IMG/VR virus record: IMGVR_UViG_3300038400_000028
Span: 1-54,299 of that record
Strand: one strand, 5' to 3'
Length of the DNA: 54,299 nucleotides
Origin: a virus
Lineage: Duplodnaviria > Caudoviricetes
Numbering within the stretch: the first letter of the stretch is position 1; every line of letters starts with the position of its first letter. The notes beneath the pieces were generated by a model. That model worked only from the letters and a program-made list of their open reading frames with translations. It was not told where the DNA came from and made no database searches. Below are positions 18,457 through 25,353 of the stretch, piece after piece. Both the position numbers and the translations under genes were made by a program.

Positions 18457-18976
18457 CGGCGGGTACTTCGATCACGACTTCACGAACCGGCGCAAAAGCG
18501 CCGGGCGGGCCGGTCTCCTGACGATCAACGAACAGGCCATGATGCTTGCCAAGAAGAGCAAGGGCAGCCTGCTGATCGTGAACTTCAATCTTCGTTCCAT
18601 ATCGCGTCGGTGTTACCGACTTGATCAAATGCAGCGGGGCGTCGCGTGTTAGCCTTAATCCGGTCATCTCCCCAGCATCGTCAAAGTTAAACAGATCGCG
18701 AATATCGGCGCGAGCCATATCGGCAAGCCTGGCGAGCACCTCGTCAGCAGGCATCGCACGAAGCGCTAATCCAGCCTGGATCGCAGCCGCGATGTCAGCA
18801 TATGTCAACAGCCGCTGCCCTTGCGAGCGCGCTGTTTTGACCGAGTACCCTGCCCGTCGAGCTGCTTCAGCTGCATTCAGACAAGCCAGGTACTCCTCAA
18901 CAAAAAGGCGCTGTTTGGGAGGCAGCGCAGCCAGCGCGGCATCAAACCGCTCTTGTAATGTCGGGCTATCAGTCAC
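18431..18976 (-). CDS. terS: Terminase small subunit
   Basis: KQRLFVEEYLACLNAAEAARRAGYS HTH; ALALLGKHHGLF; GTG start at 18976. Confidence 0.9.
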   Translation of the reverse strand: MTDSPTLQERFDAALAALPPKQRLFVEEYLACLNAAEAARRAGYSVKTARSQGQRLLTYADIAAAIQAGLALRAMPADEVLARLADMARADIRDLFNFDDAGEMTGLRLTRDAPLHLIKSVTPTRYGTKIEVHDQQAALALLGKHHGLFVDRQETGPPGAFAPVREVVIEVPADESVDTNE

Positions 18977-19160
18977 TTGATTTCGGCTCCGGCCGCCGCA
19001 CGCGCACGATATGCGGCGCGATGAGTTGCACCCGCGCCTCGCAATCCACGAGCTCCCCGTTGGCACGCCGTTCCGTCCAGCGGACAAAGAGGCTGTCCCC
19101 ATCAACGACGAACTTCGGATCGCTCTCCTCAACGATGGGGTTGTGTTGGATGAGTAGCAT
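18969..19160 (-). CDS. Hypothetical protein
   Basis: GGAGG RBS; stop overlaps the terS start region. Confidence 0.55.
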   Translation of the reverse strand: MLLIQHNPIVEESDPKFVVDGDSLFVRWTERRANGELVDCEARVQLIAPHIVRVRRPEPKSSD

Positions 19161-19246
19161 AATCGCCTCCAAACGCTAACCCGACAATCCCGCGCCCTTC
19201 CCGTCCAGCCCTCCCCGCAGATCCAACGATTGCGATATCCAAGCTC
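19161..19246 (-). pseudogene. Displaced original 3' end of gene 19839-20231
   Basis: ELGYRNRWICGEGWTGRARDCRVSVW aligns with ELDFKSGKRICGLRWKGKATECPVRVY. Confidence 0.75.
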
Positions 19247-19745
19247 AAAGGTCACGCCATAATCGACCAGTCGTAATCGCAGAAATAAGACTCCGCGAAA
19301 CATTGTACTCACAAGCAAGTGTCTTTTGTTGGCCACGGGCACCGGTATAACGTATGCGTATCTCCTGAACCTGCTCAACTGTCAACTTTGCCGAGCCATT
19401 ACGCTCACCGCGCGCGCGGCGTTCAGGATGTTTGCTAAACGGCACCATGCCACGAGCCTGGCGCCCTTTGGTGATTTTATCGTTATTATTGTCATCAACT
19501 GTTCCTATCCACAGGTGATCGGGCCGAACACACGACGGATTATCACAGTAATGACATACATATAGACCAGATGGGATCGGGCCATAAGCCAGGGTATAAG
19601 CAACGCGGTGAGCACCAATCGTCTTCCCCGCAACCTTAAATATCCCGTACCCTTGCTTATCCCGAAATGCACACCAGATCCAACATCCGTCCTCTGACTT
19701 CTTAACCTTCGACCAGAAACGATCCGTAAGTGGTATACTAGCCAT
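19245..19745 (-). CDS. Free-standing HNH homing endonuclease with C-terminal HTH
   Basis: CWIW..GYG..AHRVAY..VCHYCDNPSCVRPDHL..GT..DN; own promoter; low GC. Confidence 0.9.
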   Translation of the reverse strand: MASIPLTDRFWSKVKKSEDGCWIWCAFRDKQGYGIFKVAGKTIGAHRVAYTLAYGPIPSGLYVCHYCDNPSCVRPDHLWIGTVDDNNNDKITKGRQARGMVPFSKHPERRARGERNGSAKLTVEQVQEIRIRYTGARGQQKTLACEYNVSRSLISAITTGRLWRDL

Positions 19746-19827
19746 GTCAGCCTCCTTATCAGGTTGACCACACCCCGGCTGTTTGCGCCAGCGCGGGGTA
19801 AACTATTTACATCTATATTATACCACA
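19746..19827 (-). promoter_or_regulatory. TGTGGTATAAT promoter plus two-hairpin leader sequestering the RBS
   Basis: CCCCGCGCTG-GCGCAAA-CAGCCGGGG, then GTCAACCT/AGGCTGAC pairing over GGAGG. Confidence 0.65.
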
Positions 19828-19838
19828 AACAGCATACT

Positions 19839-20231
19839 TTATCGCTTTCCAATCACATAAACCCGAACAGGACACTCAGTAGCTTTTCCTTTCCATCGTA
19901 AACCACAAATCCGCTTACCGCTCTTAAAATCAAGCTCCACCCACACCTCGCGATCGATCAGCGGCTGCCGGTGCCCCCTGCTGTCGTCAGGCAAGTCGAC
20001 CACCAAACACTCGAGTGTTCCCGCCGGTCCCTCAACCCGTAGCCAGAGCCTGGCCATGTCTTCGTCGTGTGCCAGCGTGTAGGCCACGTAGCACAGCGCA
20101 GGCGGCGCGTGATGGGCCTTCGCCCGAGCCTCCATCACGTTCGGCGCATACATTACGGCGAACCCTACGTGATCGGGTGTCCCCCACGAGCCGAGCGCCA
20201 GGACGAGCACCGCGGCACTAGCGAGGCCCAT
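19839..20231 (-). CDS. Secreted protein, possibly RlpA-like double-psi beta-barrel
   Basis: Signal peptide; GFAVMY, CLVVD and VELDF pattern; fold call is tentative. Confidence 0.55.
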   Translation of the reverse strand: MGLASAAVLVLALGSWGTPDHVGFAVMYAPNVMEARAKAHHAPPALCYVAYTLAHDEDMARLWLRVEGPAGTLECLVVDLPDDSRGHRQPLIDREVWVELDFKSGKRICGLRWKGKATECPVRVYVIGKR

Positions 20232-20541
20232 CAGCCCGCCGTCGAGCCGCCTGCACCTCGTGAATGAGTGCTAAGACGACACCCGGCCAGAGTGCTGTAA
20301 TGTAGCGTGCGTTCGCGGCACTGGTCGGGCCATTGCCCGTGATGGCAACGACGCGCGGATCGTCTTGCCCAACGAAAACCATCTGAATATCTGTTTCTTC
20401 GGACTTCGCCAGCTGATCGGCAACATAGGCGGTAGCGGCTTCTAATGTGCTCGTCGCACTATGCCCCCACTGCCAGCGATGTTGCGTCGCCGCCTGGGCA
20501 AGCGTGGTTAGTTCCTGAAGTTCAGCATCGGAAAGCATCAT
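20218..20541 (-). CDS. Ead/Ea22-like protein
   Basis: LAQAATQHRW...ANARYITALWPGVVLALIHEV. Confidence 0.7.
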   Translation of the reverse strand: MMLSDAELQELTTLAQAATQHRWQWGHSATSTLEAATAYVADQLAKSEETDIQMVFVGQDDPRVVAITGNGPTSAANARYITALWPGVVLALIHEVQAARRRADGPR

Positions 20542-20729
20542 GTCCTTCCTTTCGGCCCATCGGCCGCCTGTCGCTCGTTCAGCAACTGCCGCCGCAGACG
20601 CCGAGCGATGCTCTTCCAGTCGTCGCGCTGCTGCACCGTCTCGTACAGCTGCTGCTCTAAGCGCAAGAGCCGGTCGAGCAGGTGCGCGCGGTCGGACATC
20701 GGCGCTTCATCGGTGCCCATCGGCCTCAC
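20538..20729 (-). CDS. Small coiled-coil hypothetical protein
   Basis: Coupled within the operon; start may be the internal MSDRAH. Confidence 0.5.
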   Translation of the reverse strand: MRPMGTDEAPMSDRAHLLDRLLRLEQQLYETVQQRDDWKSIARRLRRQLLNERQAADGPKGRT

Positions 20730-20919
20730 GAAGTGCCCAAACGACCTTATGAAAAGCCTCTGGCGTCAGCCCCTGCGCAAAGTTCGTGTAGTAGTGATAC
20801 TGCTGGTCGTTCATCAGAACGACATAGCGGCCATCCTGCCCGTAGGCCGAGGCATGGAAAGCGCCCCAACAGTGTCTGAGATAGGCCACAATCAGCCAGT
20901 GAATGAGTTTACGTATCAT
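20707..20919 (-). CDS. Hypothetical protein MIRKLIHWLIVAYLRHCWG...
   Basis: GAGGG RBS; resembles 14393-14527. Confidence 0.5.
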   Translation of the reverse strand: MIRKLIHWLIVAYLRHCWGAFHASAYGQDGRYVVLMNDQQYHYYTNFAQGLTPEAFHKVVWALREADGHR

Positions 20920-21073
20920 ATGCGCCCTCTGGCTCATCGGCCTCATCGTCCAGAAACAGCCCCGTGTGCCCTGGGTCCAGCTCATCGCCGCGCTTCGACC
21001 GGAATAACGCAAAGGTCAGCACGCCCAACATGAAGCAGCCGACCCCAACACAGAAGAGCAGAAGTCCGATCAT
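20909..21073 (-). CDS. Small single-TM protein
   Basis: MIGLLLFCVGVGCFMLGVLTFALFRSKR plus acidic tail; ATGA coupling. Confidence 0.5.
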   Translation of the reverse strand: MIGLLLFCVGVGCFMLGVLTFALFRSKRGDELDPGHTGLFLDDEADEPEGAYDT

Positions 21074-21159
21074 TGCCTACCCCCAGTCTCCCAGTAAATC
21101 GCCAGCAGGATCAGCACGGCCAATACAACAGCAGCCAGCACGGCAACCGAGAGATTCAC
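21070..21159 (-). CDS. 29-aa TM peptide
   Basis: MNLSVAVLAAVVLAVLILLAIYWETGGRQ; GTGA overlap with the holin stop. Confidence 0.45.
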   Translation of the reverse strand: MNLSVAVLAAVVLAVLILLAIYWETGGRQ

Positions 21160-21470
21160 TGCACCAACCGCTCCCGCTCGACTCGATCCACCGGCGCTGC
21201 TGGCGTGTGTACGACATTCAGCCGGCTGATCAGATCGTTAAAAACGTTCGATCCCCTGCTGATGAGCAGGCCCGTCAGCACGCTCCCGACGAACGGCACG
21301 CTGGCCGGATAGCCGAGGAGTGCCAGCAAATCCGCGCCGTAGGCCAGGCAGAGCGCGACGCCCAGTGCGGCGGCCACATAGGGCTTGTAGGCCGATGGGA
21401 TCGGTGTGCCGAAATACTCAATGAGCGCCTCGACGACGATGACCAAGACAACGATAAGTGCAAACACCAT
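21156..21470 (-). CDS. Holin
   Basis: Three hydrophobic segments; LTGLLISRGSNVFNDL motif typical of phage holins. Confidence 0.75.
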   Translation of the reverse strand: MVFALIVVLVIVVEALIEYFGTPIPSAYKPYVAAALGVALCLAYGADLLALLGYPASVPFVGSVLTGLLISRGSNVFNDLISRLNVVHTPAAPVDRVERERLVQ

Positions 21471-21479
21471 AGCTACCCC

Positions 21480-21839
21480 TTATGGCAAAAGCCCAAACAG
21501 CTTCCCGAGTGCCTGTAATGCGGGGACGCTCGACAATGCTCCAATGACAACAATTGCCGTCCGCATCCCCTTCCATTGGTTCAGTCGCGCTTCATTCTGA
21601 TCGATCAACTGGTCGATCTTGTCTTCCAGCTTCGCAATCCGCTCGATGATCCCCACCTGGCGCGTTCGCACATCACCGTACATCAGCGCCTCTAGCTGGG
21701 CCACAGCTTTGATGAGCGGCGCGATCTGGGTGGCGGCCTCAGCAGACACTTGCTCGCGCACGGTGCGCATAGCGGTCGAAAGCTCCTGGACCGCCGAGAG
21801 CACCTGCTTGTAATACTGCTGCTCGTCACTCGCGCTCAT
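21480..21839 (-). CDS. Coiled-coil protein with C-terminal membrane anchor (lysis-associated)
   Basis: LMYGD...GIIERIAKLE coil followed by a hydrophobic tail. Confidence 0.6.
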   Translation of the reverse strand: MSASDEQQYYKQVLSAVQELSTAMRTVREQVSAEAATQIAPLIKAVAQLEALMYGDVRTRQVGIIERIAKLEDKIDQLIDQNEARLNQWKGMRTAIVVIGALSSVPALQALGKLFGLLP

Positions 21840-22317
21840 TGATCTTGATACGCTCTTGCAATAATGTAATGACCTGATCTTGGAGCGCGATCAAACGACC
21901 CTGCGTTGCGGCGTTCTCTTGCTGGTGCCGCGCTGACACGTCACGAACGATCGCAATCGTCAGCCCACCGTCGAGCGGGCCAAGCGCGATCTCGACGTTG
22001 ATGACCGTCCCGTCGGCACGGAGCGCCGGAAGCGTCCGGCCGAGCGCCATCGGACGCTGGCGTGGGGCCGCGTTATAGAGCGCGCGGTGGCCGCGATGCC
22101 GCGGACGGATAGACTCCGGGATAAGCAAATCAACATTCTTTTGTAGCAACGCCTCGATGCTGTAGCCAAACAGCAGTGCGGCCTGGCTGTTGGCGGCAAC
22201 GATCGCGCCAGCGGGATCAACCACGAGCGCGGCATCAGGGACGACATGTATCCATTCCGCCACAATGCTATCCCCCGGTTGGGCGATCCCCACGCCCGTA
22301 ATCTCTGCTACAATCAC
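21826..22317 (-). CDS. Stand-alone PAS (S-box) domain protein, FixL-like
   Basis: PDAALVVD..GAIVAANSQAALLFGYS..LL...VDLLIP..R..H...GR.LPALRADG...VEIAL...AIVRDVS. Confidence 0.9.
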   Translation of the reverse strand: MIVAEITGVGIAQPGDSIVAEWIHVVPDAALVVDPAGAIVAANSQAALLFGYSIEALLQKNVDLLIPESIRPRHRGHRALYNAAPRQRPMALGRTLPALRADGTVINVEIALGPLDGGLTIAIVRDVSARHQQENAATQGRLIALQDQVITLLQERIKINERE

Positions 22318-22396
22318 TGATAGCTCCTCGACGGTCTAGCCCGCCGTGGGGTCAGCCGTGCGGTGGGGATACCAGCCCTACCGTGCGGCGCTCCAC

Positions 22397-22708
22397 CTAG
22401 TCCCCGACTGCGCACGAGCGCGCTTGCTCGTCCAATATCCGATCGATCTGCTCTAAATGGCGCTGGTGCAAAGTCAATTGTTCGCGCATCCGCACAGCCA
22501 TTTCGCGATCGACCTCCTGCGCGCTCGCCAAAAACATGACCGCCTGCACTGCCAAACGCTGCGCGATATCGGCGAATTGTGCCAGGAGGTCATCCGCCGC
22601 CGCCTGAATAGCGACCTGATCGCCCGCTGTGACCGCTGCGCTGAACCGATCGACGGCCGCGATCTGCTGCTCTCTGATAGAGCGCCGTCGGCGATAGACG
22701 CGAGTCAT
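22397..22708 (-). CDS. Helical hypothetical protein
   Basis: ATGA-coupled to the amidase stop. Confidence 0.55.
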   Translation of the reverse strand: MTRVYRRRRSIREQQIAAVDRFSAAVTAGDQVAIQAAADDLLAQFADIAQRLAVQAVMFLASAQEVDREMAVRMREQLTLHQRHLEQIDRILDEQARSCAVGD

Positions 22709-23418
22709 AGATGCTCCAGCTGCTCGAGCAGCGCGAACCCAAGGCCATTTTTCATGTGGCCAATCCCGCCCCACTCCGGCTTAACCTCGTCGATCTCAAC
22801 GACGGCGCCAGAGGGCAGGAAAGCCGTGCCGTTCAGGGCGATGGGGAAGTTCAGCCCAGGCCCTTGATGCACCGCGGCGCCGCGCACGCGGTAGGTGCCT
22901 GGCGCATTGACCATCAGGCTCTGCTTGAAAGTGGCCCAATCGAAATTCGCGGGGTCAGTCTTCCGACCGCGCGGGATGGCAATATCGAGGTGACGCACGA
23001 CATGAGAAAGCGGGATGTGATACTCCGTCATCTTTGCCTGCACCAGGGCACGGAAAGCGGCAATCTGGACAGCGGGGTAGGGATCGGGCGGATGGGTCGT
23101 CTTATTCGGCATCTCCATCCCGGTGAGATTCTCCAGCTCGATCCCGAGCGATCCCGCCTGGATCTCCTCACTGTCCAGATCGTTCCAGAACGACGCGCCG
23201 GCGTGCCAAGCCGCGCGGGCGTCGGCGACGAGCTGGGCGATGTGGCCATCCTTACGGACGAGGTAATGCGAGGAAACACGGGAATTGGGGTTACAGAGCC
23301 AGTTTAGGGAAGAGAGGTATGGGCCGACCGTCGCATGGCCGACGATCAGCGTGATGGGCTGCCCGTTGCGCGAGCTGTGATTAGGGGAACTGTGCGATCG
23401 GTCGATGTCGAGGGTCAT
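22705..23418 (-). CDS. Endolysin: N-acetylmuramoyl-L-alanine amidase (Amidase_2/AmpD-like) with SH3b-like tail
   Basis: IVGHAT, VSSHYLV, AWHAG, SLGIELE, VVRH..RKTDP. Confidence 0.92.
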   Translation of the reverse strand: MTLDIDRSHSSPNHSSRNGQPITLIVGHATVGPYLSSLNWLCNPNSRVSSHYLVRKDGHIAQLVADARAAWHAGASFWNDLDSEEIQAGSLGIELENLTGMEMPNKTTHPPDPYPAVQIAAFRALVQAKMTEYHIPLSHVVRHLDIAIPRGRKTDPANFDWATFKQSLMVNAPGTYRVRGAAVHQGPGLNFPIALNGTAFLPSGAVVEIDEVKPEWGGIGHMKNGLGFALLEQLEHL

Positions 23419-23457
23419 GCCCAGCCCTTCCGCAGCGCGGACGAGCTCAGCGCCCTT

Positions 23458-23487
23458 ATGGTAACACGGGAAGACGGGCGGCGTCAA
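23458..23487 (-). promoter_or_regulatory. Promoter of the lysis/late arm
   Basis: TTGACG-18 nt-TACCAT with extended TG. Confidence 0.6.
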
Positions 23488-23523
23488 GAGGGTGGAAGAA
23501 TTGTAATCTGGAAAGATTGCCTC

Positions 23524-23581
23524 TTGACTTGTACGTACAGACGTGTTATACTGTACGTACTGAGATAAACGATGTACGGAC
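23524..23581 (+). promoter_or_regulatory. Strong promoter with TGTACGTACA-type operators
   Basis: TTGACT-17 nt-TATACT; TGTACGTACA 23530-39, TGTACGTACT 23552-61, TGTACGGAC 23573-81. Confidence 0.8.
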
Positions 23582-23595
23582 GAAAGGGCAAAGAC

Positions 23596-23817
23596 ATGAC
23601 AGAGCAGACAAAGAAAACCGCACACATCCGCCGCAGTCTCCTGAGCATTTGGCTCGACGCCGGCAAAGGCCGCGGCGGCACATGCAAAACCGAGGTTGAT
23701 TTCGATAAGCAGTGTGAGCTAGTGAAGGGCGCAGGCTACGAGCTGATCGACCTGGACGCTCACGACGCCAGCACAGGGCGCCCCCTTCCCTCAAATGCGT
23801 GGGCATGGAGGAAATAA
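23596..23817 (+). CDS. Small hypothetical protein (candidate anti-defence)
   Basis: AAGGG RBS; first gene of an operator-controlled operon. Confidence 0.65.
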   Translation: MTEQTKKTAHIRRSLLSIWLDAGKGRGGTCKTEVDFDKQCELVKGAGYELIDLDAHDASTGRPLPSNAWAWRK

Positions 23818-24243
23818 ATGGCACACACCGCATATCAGCTCGGGCGACTACTGGCCGCCCTTGAGCATCTCAAGGCAACAAACCAGCCGCGCCAACTGTA
23901 TGTCCAGGCATCGAGCCAGCCATCGGCGCTTGTGCCGATCCTGGCACGCGCGACCACATTCCCCGGCGCGGTCGATATTCTGACGCCTATCGTCGGCCAG
24001 TTGCCCGATGACGCATTTAGCAGGGAACTGACCAACGAAGAGTCGAGCGATTTCGCTCTGGGCTACTACCATCAGCGGGCCGATTTCAGGAAGGGGGTGC
24101 TTCCCGCACTTCCCGAAACCGAGCCGGATCTTGACGCCCGCTATGAGTTGCGCATGGACACCGATCTCAAAGCCTGGGTCAAAGCGAACGGCGGTGACAA
24201 GCTCATCCGTGCTTTGCTTCGCGAGGCCCGCGACAAAAGGTAA
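23818..24243 (+). CDS. Cas11c/Cas8c(Csd1) C-terminal-like domain fused to an RHH-like domain
   Basis: AYQLGRLLAALE, ASSQP, ELTNEESSDFALGYYHQR; C-terminal RYELRMDTDLKAWVKANGGDKLIRALL. Confidence 0.8.
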   Translation: MAHTAYQLGRLLAALEHLKATNQPRQLYVQASSQPSALVPILARATTFPGAVDILTPIVGQLPDDAFSRELTNEESSDFALGYYHQRADFRKGVLPALPETEPDLDARYELRMDTDLKAWVKANGGDKLIRALLREARDKR

Positions 24244-24335
24244 GGCCCCGCCACTTGCCCGAGCGACGGGGCCACCGTGGAGAGAGAGGAGATTAGGAGT
24301 ACACGAAGCATACCACAAGCGGGGCCGCTCTGCAA
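24243..24335 (-). ncRNA. Putative sRNA with anti-SD motifs (span includes its promoter)
   Basis: TTGCAG-17 nt-TATGCT; transcript ACTCCTAATCTCCTCTCTCTCC followed by a GGCCCCG/CGGGGCC hairpin. Confidence 0.5.
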
Positions 24336-24351
24336 GAGGGCCCACGAAATA

Positions 24352-24430
24352 TGCTATACTGCGTGAAACAACACCCCGGCACGGCGCGACGAGCTCAGCA
24401 GGCACCCGCGCGGCCGGGGTGTTTCGGCGT
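24352..24430 (+). ncRNA. Putative hairpin sRNA (span includes its promoter)
   Basis: TGcTATACT, then AACACCCCGG...CCGGGGTGTT stem with inner GCGCG/CGCGC; no ORF. Confidence 0.55.
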
Positions 24431-24442
24431 AAAGTGCCGAGG

Positions 24443-24877
24443 CTATCTCGGCACGGTCATTTTCCAGATACCGAGTTGCTCAGTTACACCATCCCAAGCA
24501 ACCACATCAGCACGCTTAATATCACCGACCAGCATCGGAACCTCAGTTTGATCCGGTCCCAGCGGCAGCGTCCCCATGACAATCAAATGCTGCAAGGCGC
24601 CGTCGGCGTCGAACTCCTGCTTGACCCCCCGTACCAGCATGGAGCGCGCCGATCGTAGATCAATATCGATGTCCGTGTCGGCATTCATCGGCAGCGTGAC
24701 GGTCATCGTTCCCGTCGCCACCTGCGCAATCCATCCACCTGGCGGCAGTCCTCGCGCCTCGCGGGTCGATGCCGGCAACGCGGCTTGGAGAATGCGGATC
24801 GCCTGACGCTCACGCGTCTCGGCCGGCATGCCACAACCAGCGAACAAGACTAACGCTATAAGTACGAACCAGCGCAT
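24443..24877 (-). CDS. Lipoprotein (possible superinfection exclusion)
   Basis: Lipobox LFAGC; lies downstream of the repressor. Confidence 0.7.
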   Translation of the reverse strand: MRWFVLIALVLFAGCGMPAETRERQAIRILQAALPASTREARGLPPGGWIAQVATGTMTVTLPMNADTDIDIDLRSARSMLVRGVKQEFDADGALQHLIVMGTLPLGPDQTEVPMLVGDIKRADVVAWDGVTEQLGIWKMTVPR

Positions 24878-25065
24878 AGATTACAACAAGATTAAAGACT
24901 ACCGCAAAGGGTATTTACAGCTTGACTCGACTTATGGTAGTATGGTTGAATAATCGTCCGGCTCGAAGGTCTCTATCCGCCGGCCCCGCCCGCTGGCCTC
25001 CTCTTTCGTTTCAGCGCGCTACCCGCGTGGCGCTGGCGCGCTGGCCTATCCCCCAGGAGGCTTGT

Positions 25066-25353
25066 GTGTCGCTCAGAACGATCAGGAACCTCTTCTATCT
25101 TTCGGTCATTGCCGTCGCGGTCATCCTCGACTGCACCGGCGGCGTGATTGGCTGGGCAGCGGCTGTCATCGTGCTGGCAGGCGCCAAGCCAATATTCAGC
25201 CTTGGGTGCCAAGCCGCAGAGCAAAAAGGCGCAAAAGATGCGCTTACACGAGTCAGGCAGCGCGCACTAGCCGATCTTGCTACTGACGACCCTGTTCTTC
25301 AAGAAGAGCATCAGCAGCTTCAACAAGCCGGCGCCGCAACGCATCCCGATTAA
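25066..25353 (+). CDS. Two-TM membrane protein with a structured leader
   Basis: AGGAGG RBS plus GTG; upstream GCCTCCT can pair with the RBS. Confidence 0.55.
   Translation: MSLRTIRNLFYLSVIAVAVILDCTGGVIGWAAAVIVLAGAKPIFSLGCQAAEQKGAKDALTRVRQRALADLATDDPVLQEEHQQLQQAGAATHPD

Larger units (their letters stand above)
19240..19937 (-). mobile_element. HNH element carrying a replacement 3' end, bounded by GAGCTTG direct repeats
   Basis: caagctc at 19240-19246 and 19931-19937; AT-rich interior. Confidence 0.7.

Noticed and set aside
18431-19378. 315-aa TerS as given by the ORF track
   Set aside because: The upstream part overlaps the HNH gene, the displaced gene end and ORF 18969-19160; TerS similarity begins near GTG 18976
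19245-19745. HK97 gp74-type terminase-accessory HNH
   Set aside because: Homing-type architecture with HTH, own promoter, low GC and flanking duplication indicate a mobile element
22705-23625. 306-aa endolysin from the ORF track
   Set aside because: The extension runs through two divergent promoters; ATG 23418 has an RBS and begins the amidase domain
23818-24460. CRISPR array or solitary repeat (Racr) beside the Cas11-like gene
   Set aside because: Only GCGTGAAAC (24361-69) echoes a type I-C repeat end; no full repeat or repeat-spacer periodicity was seen anywhere
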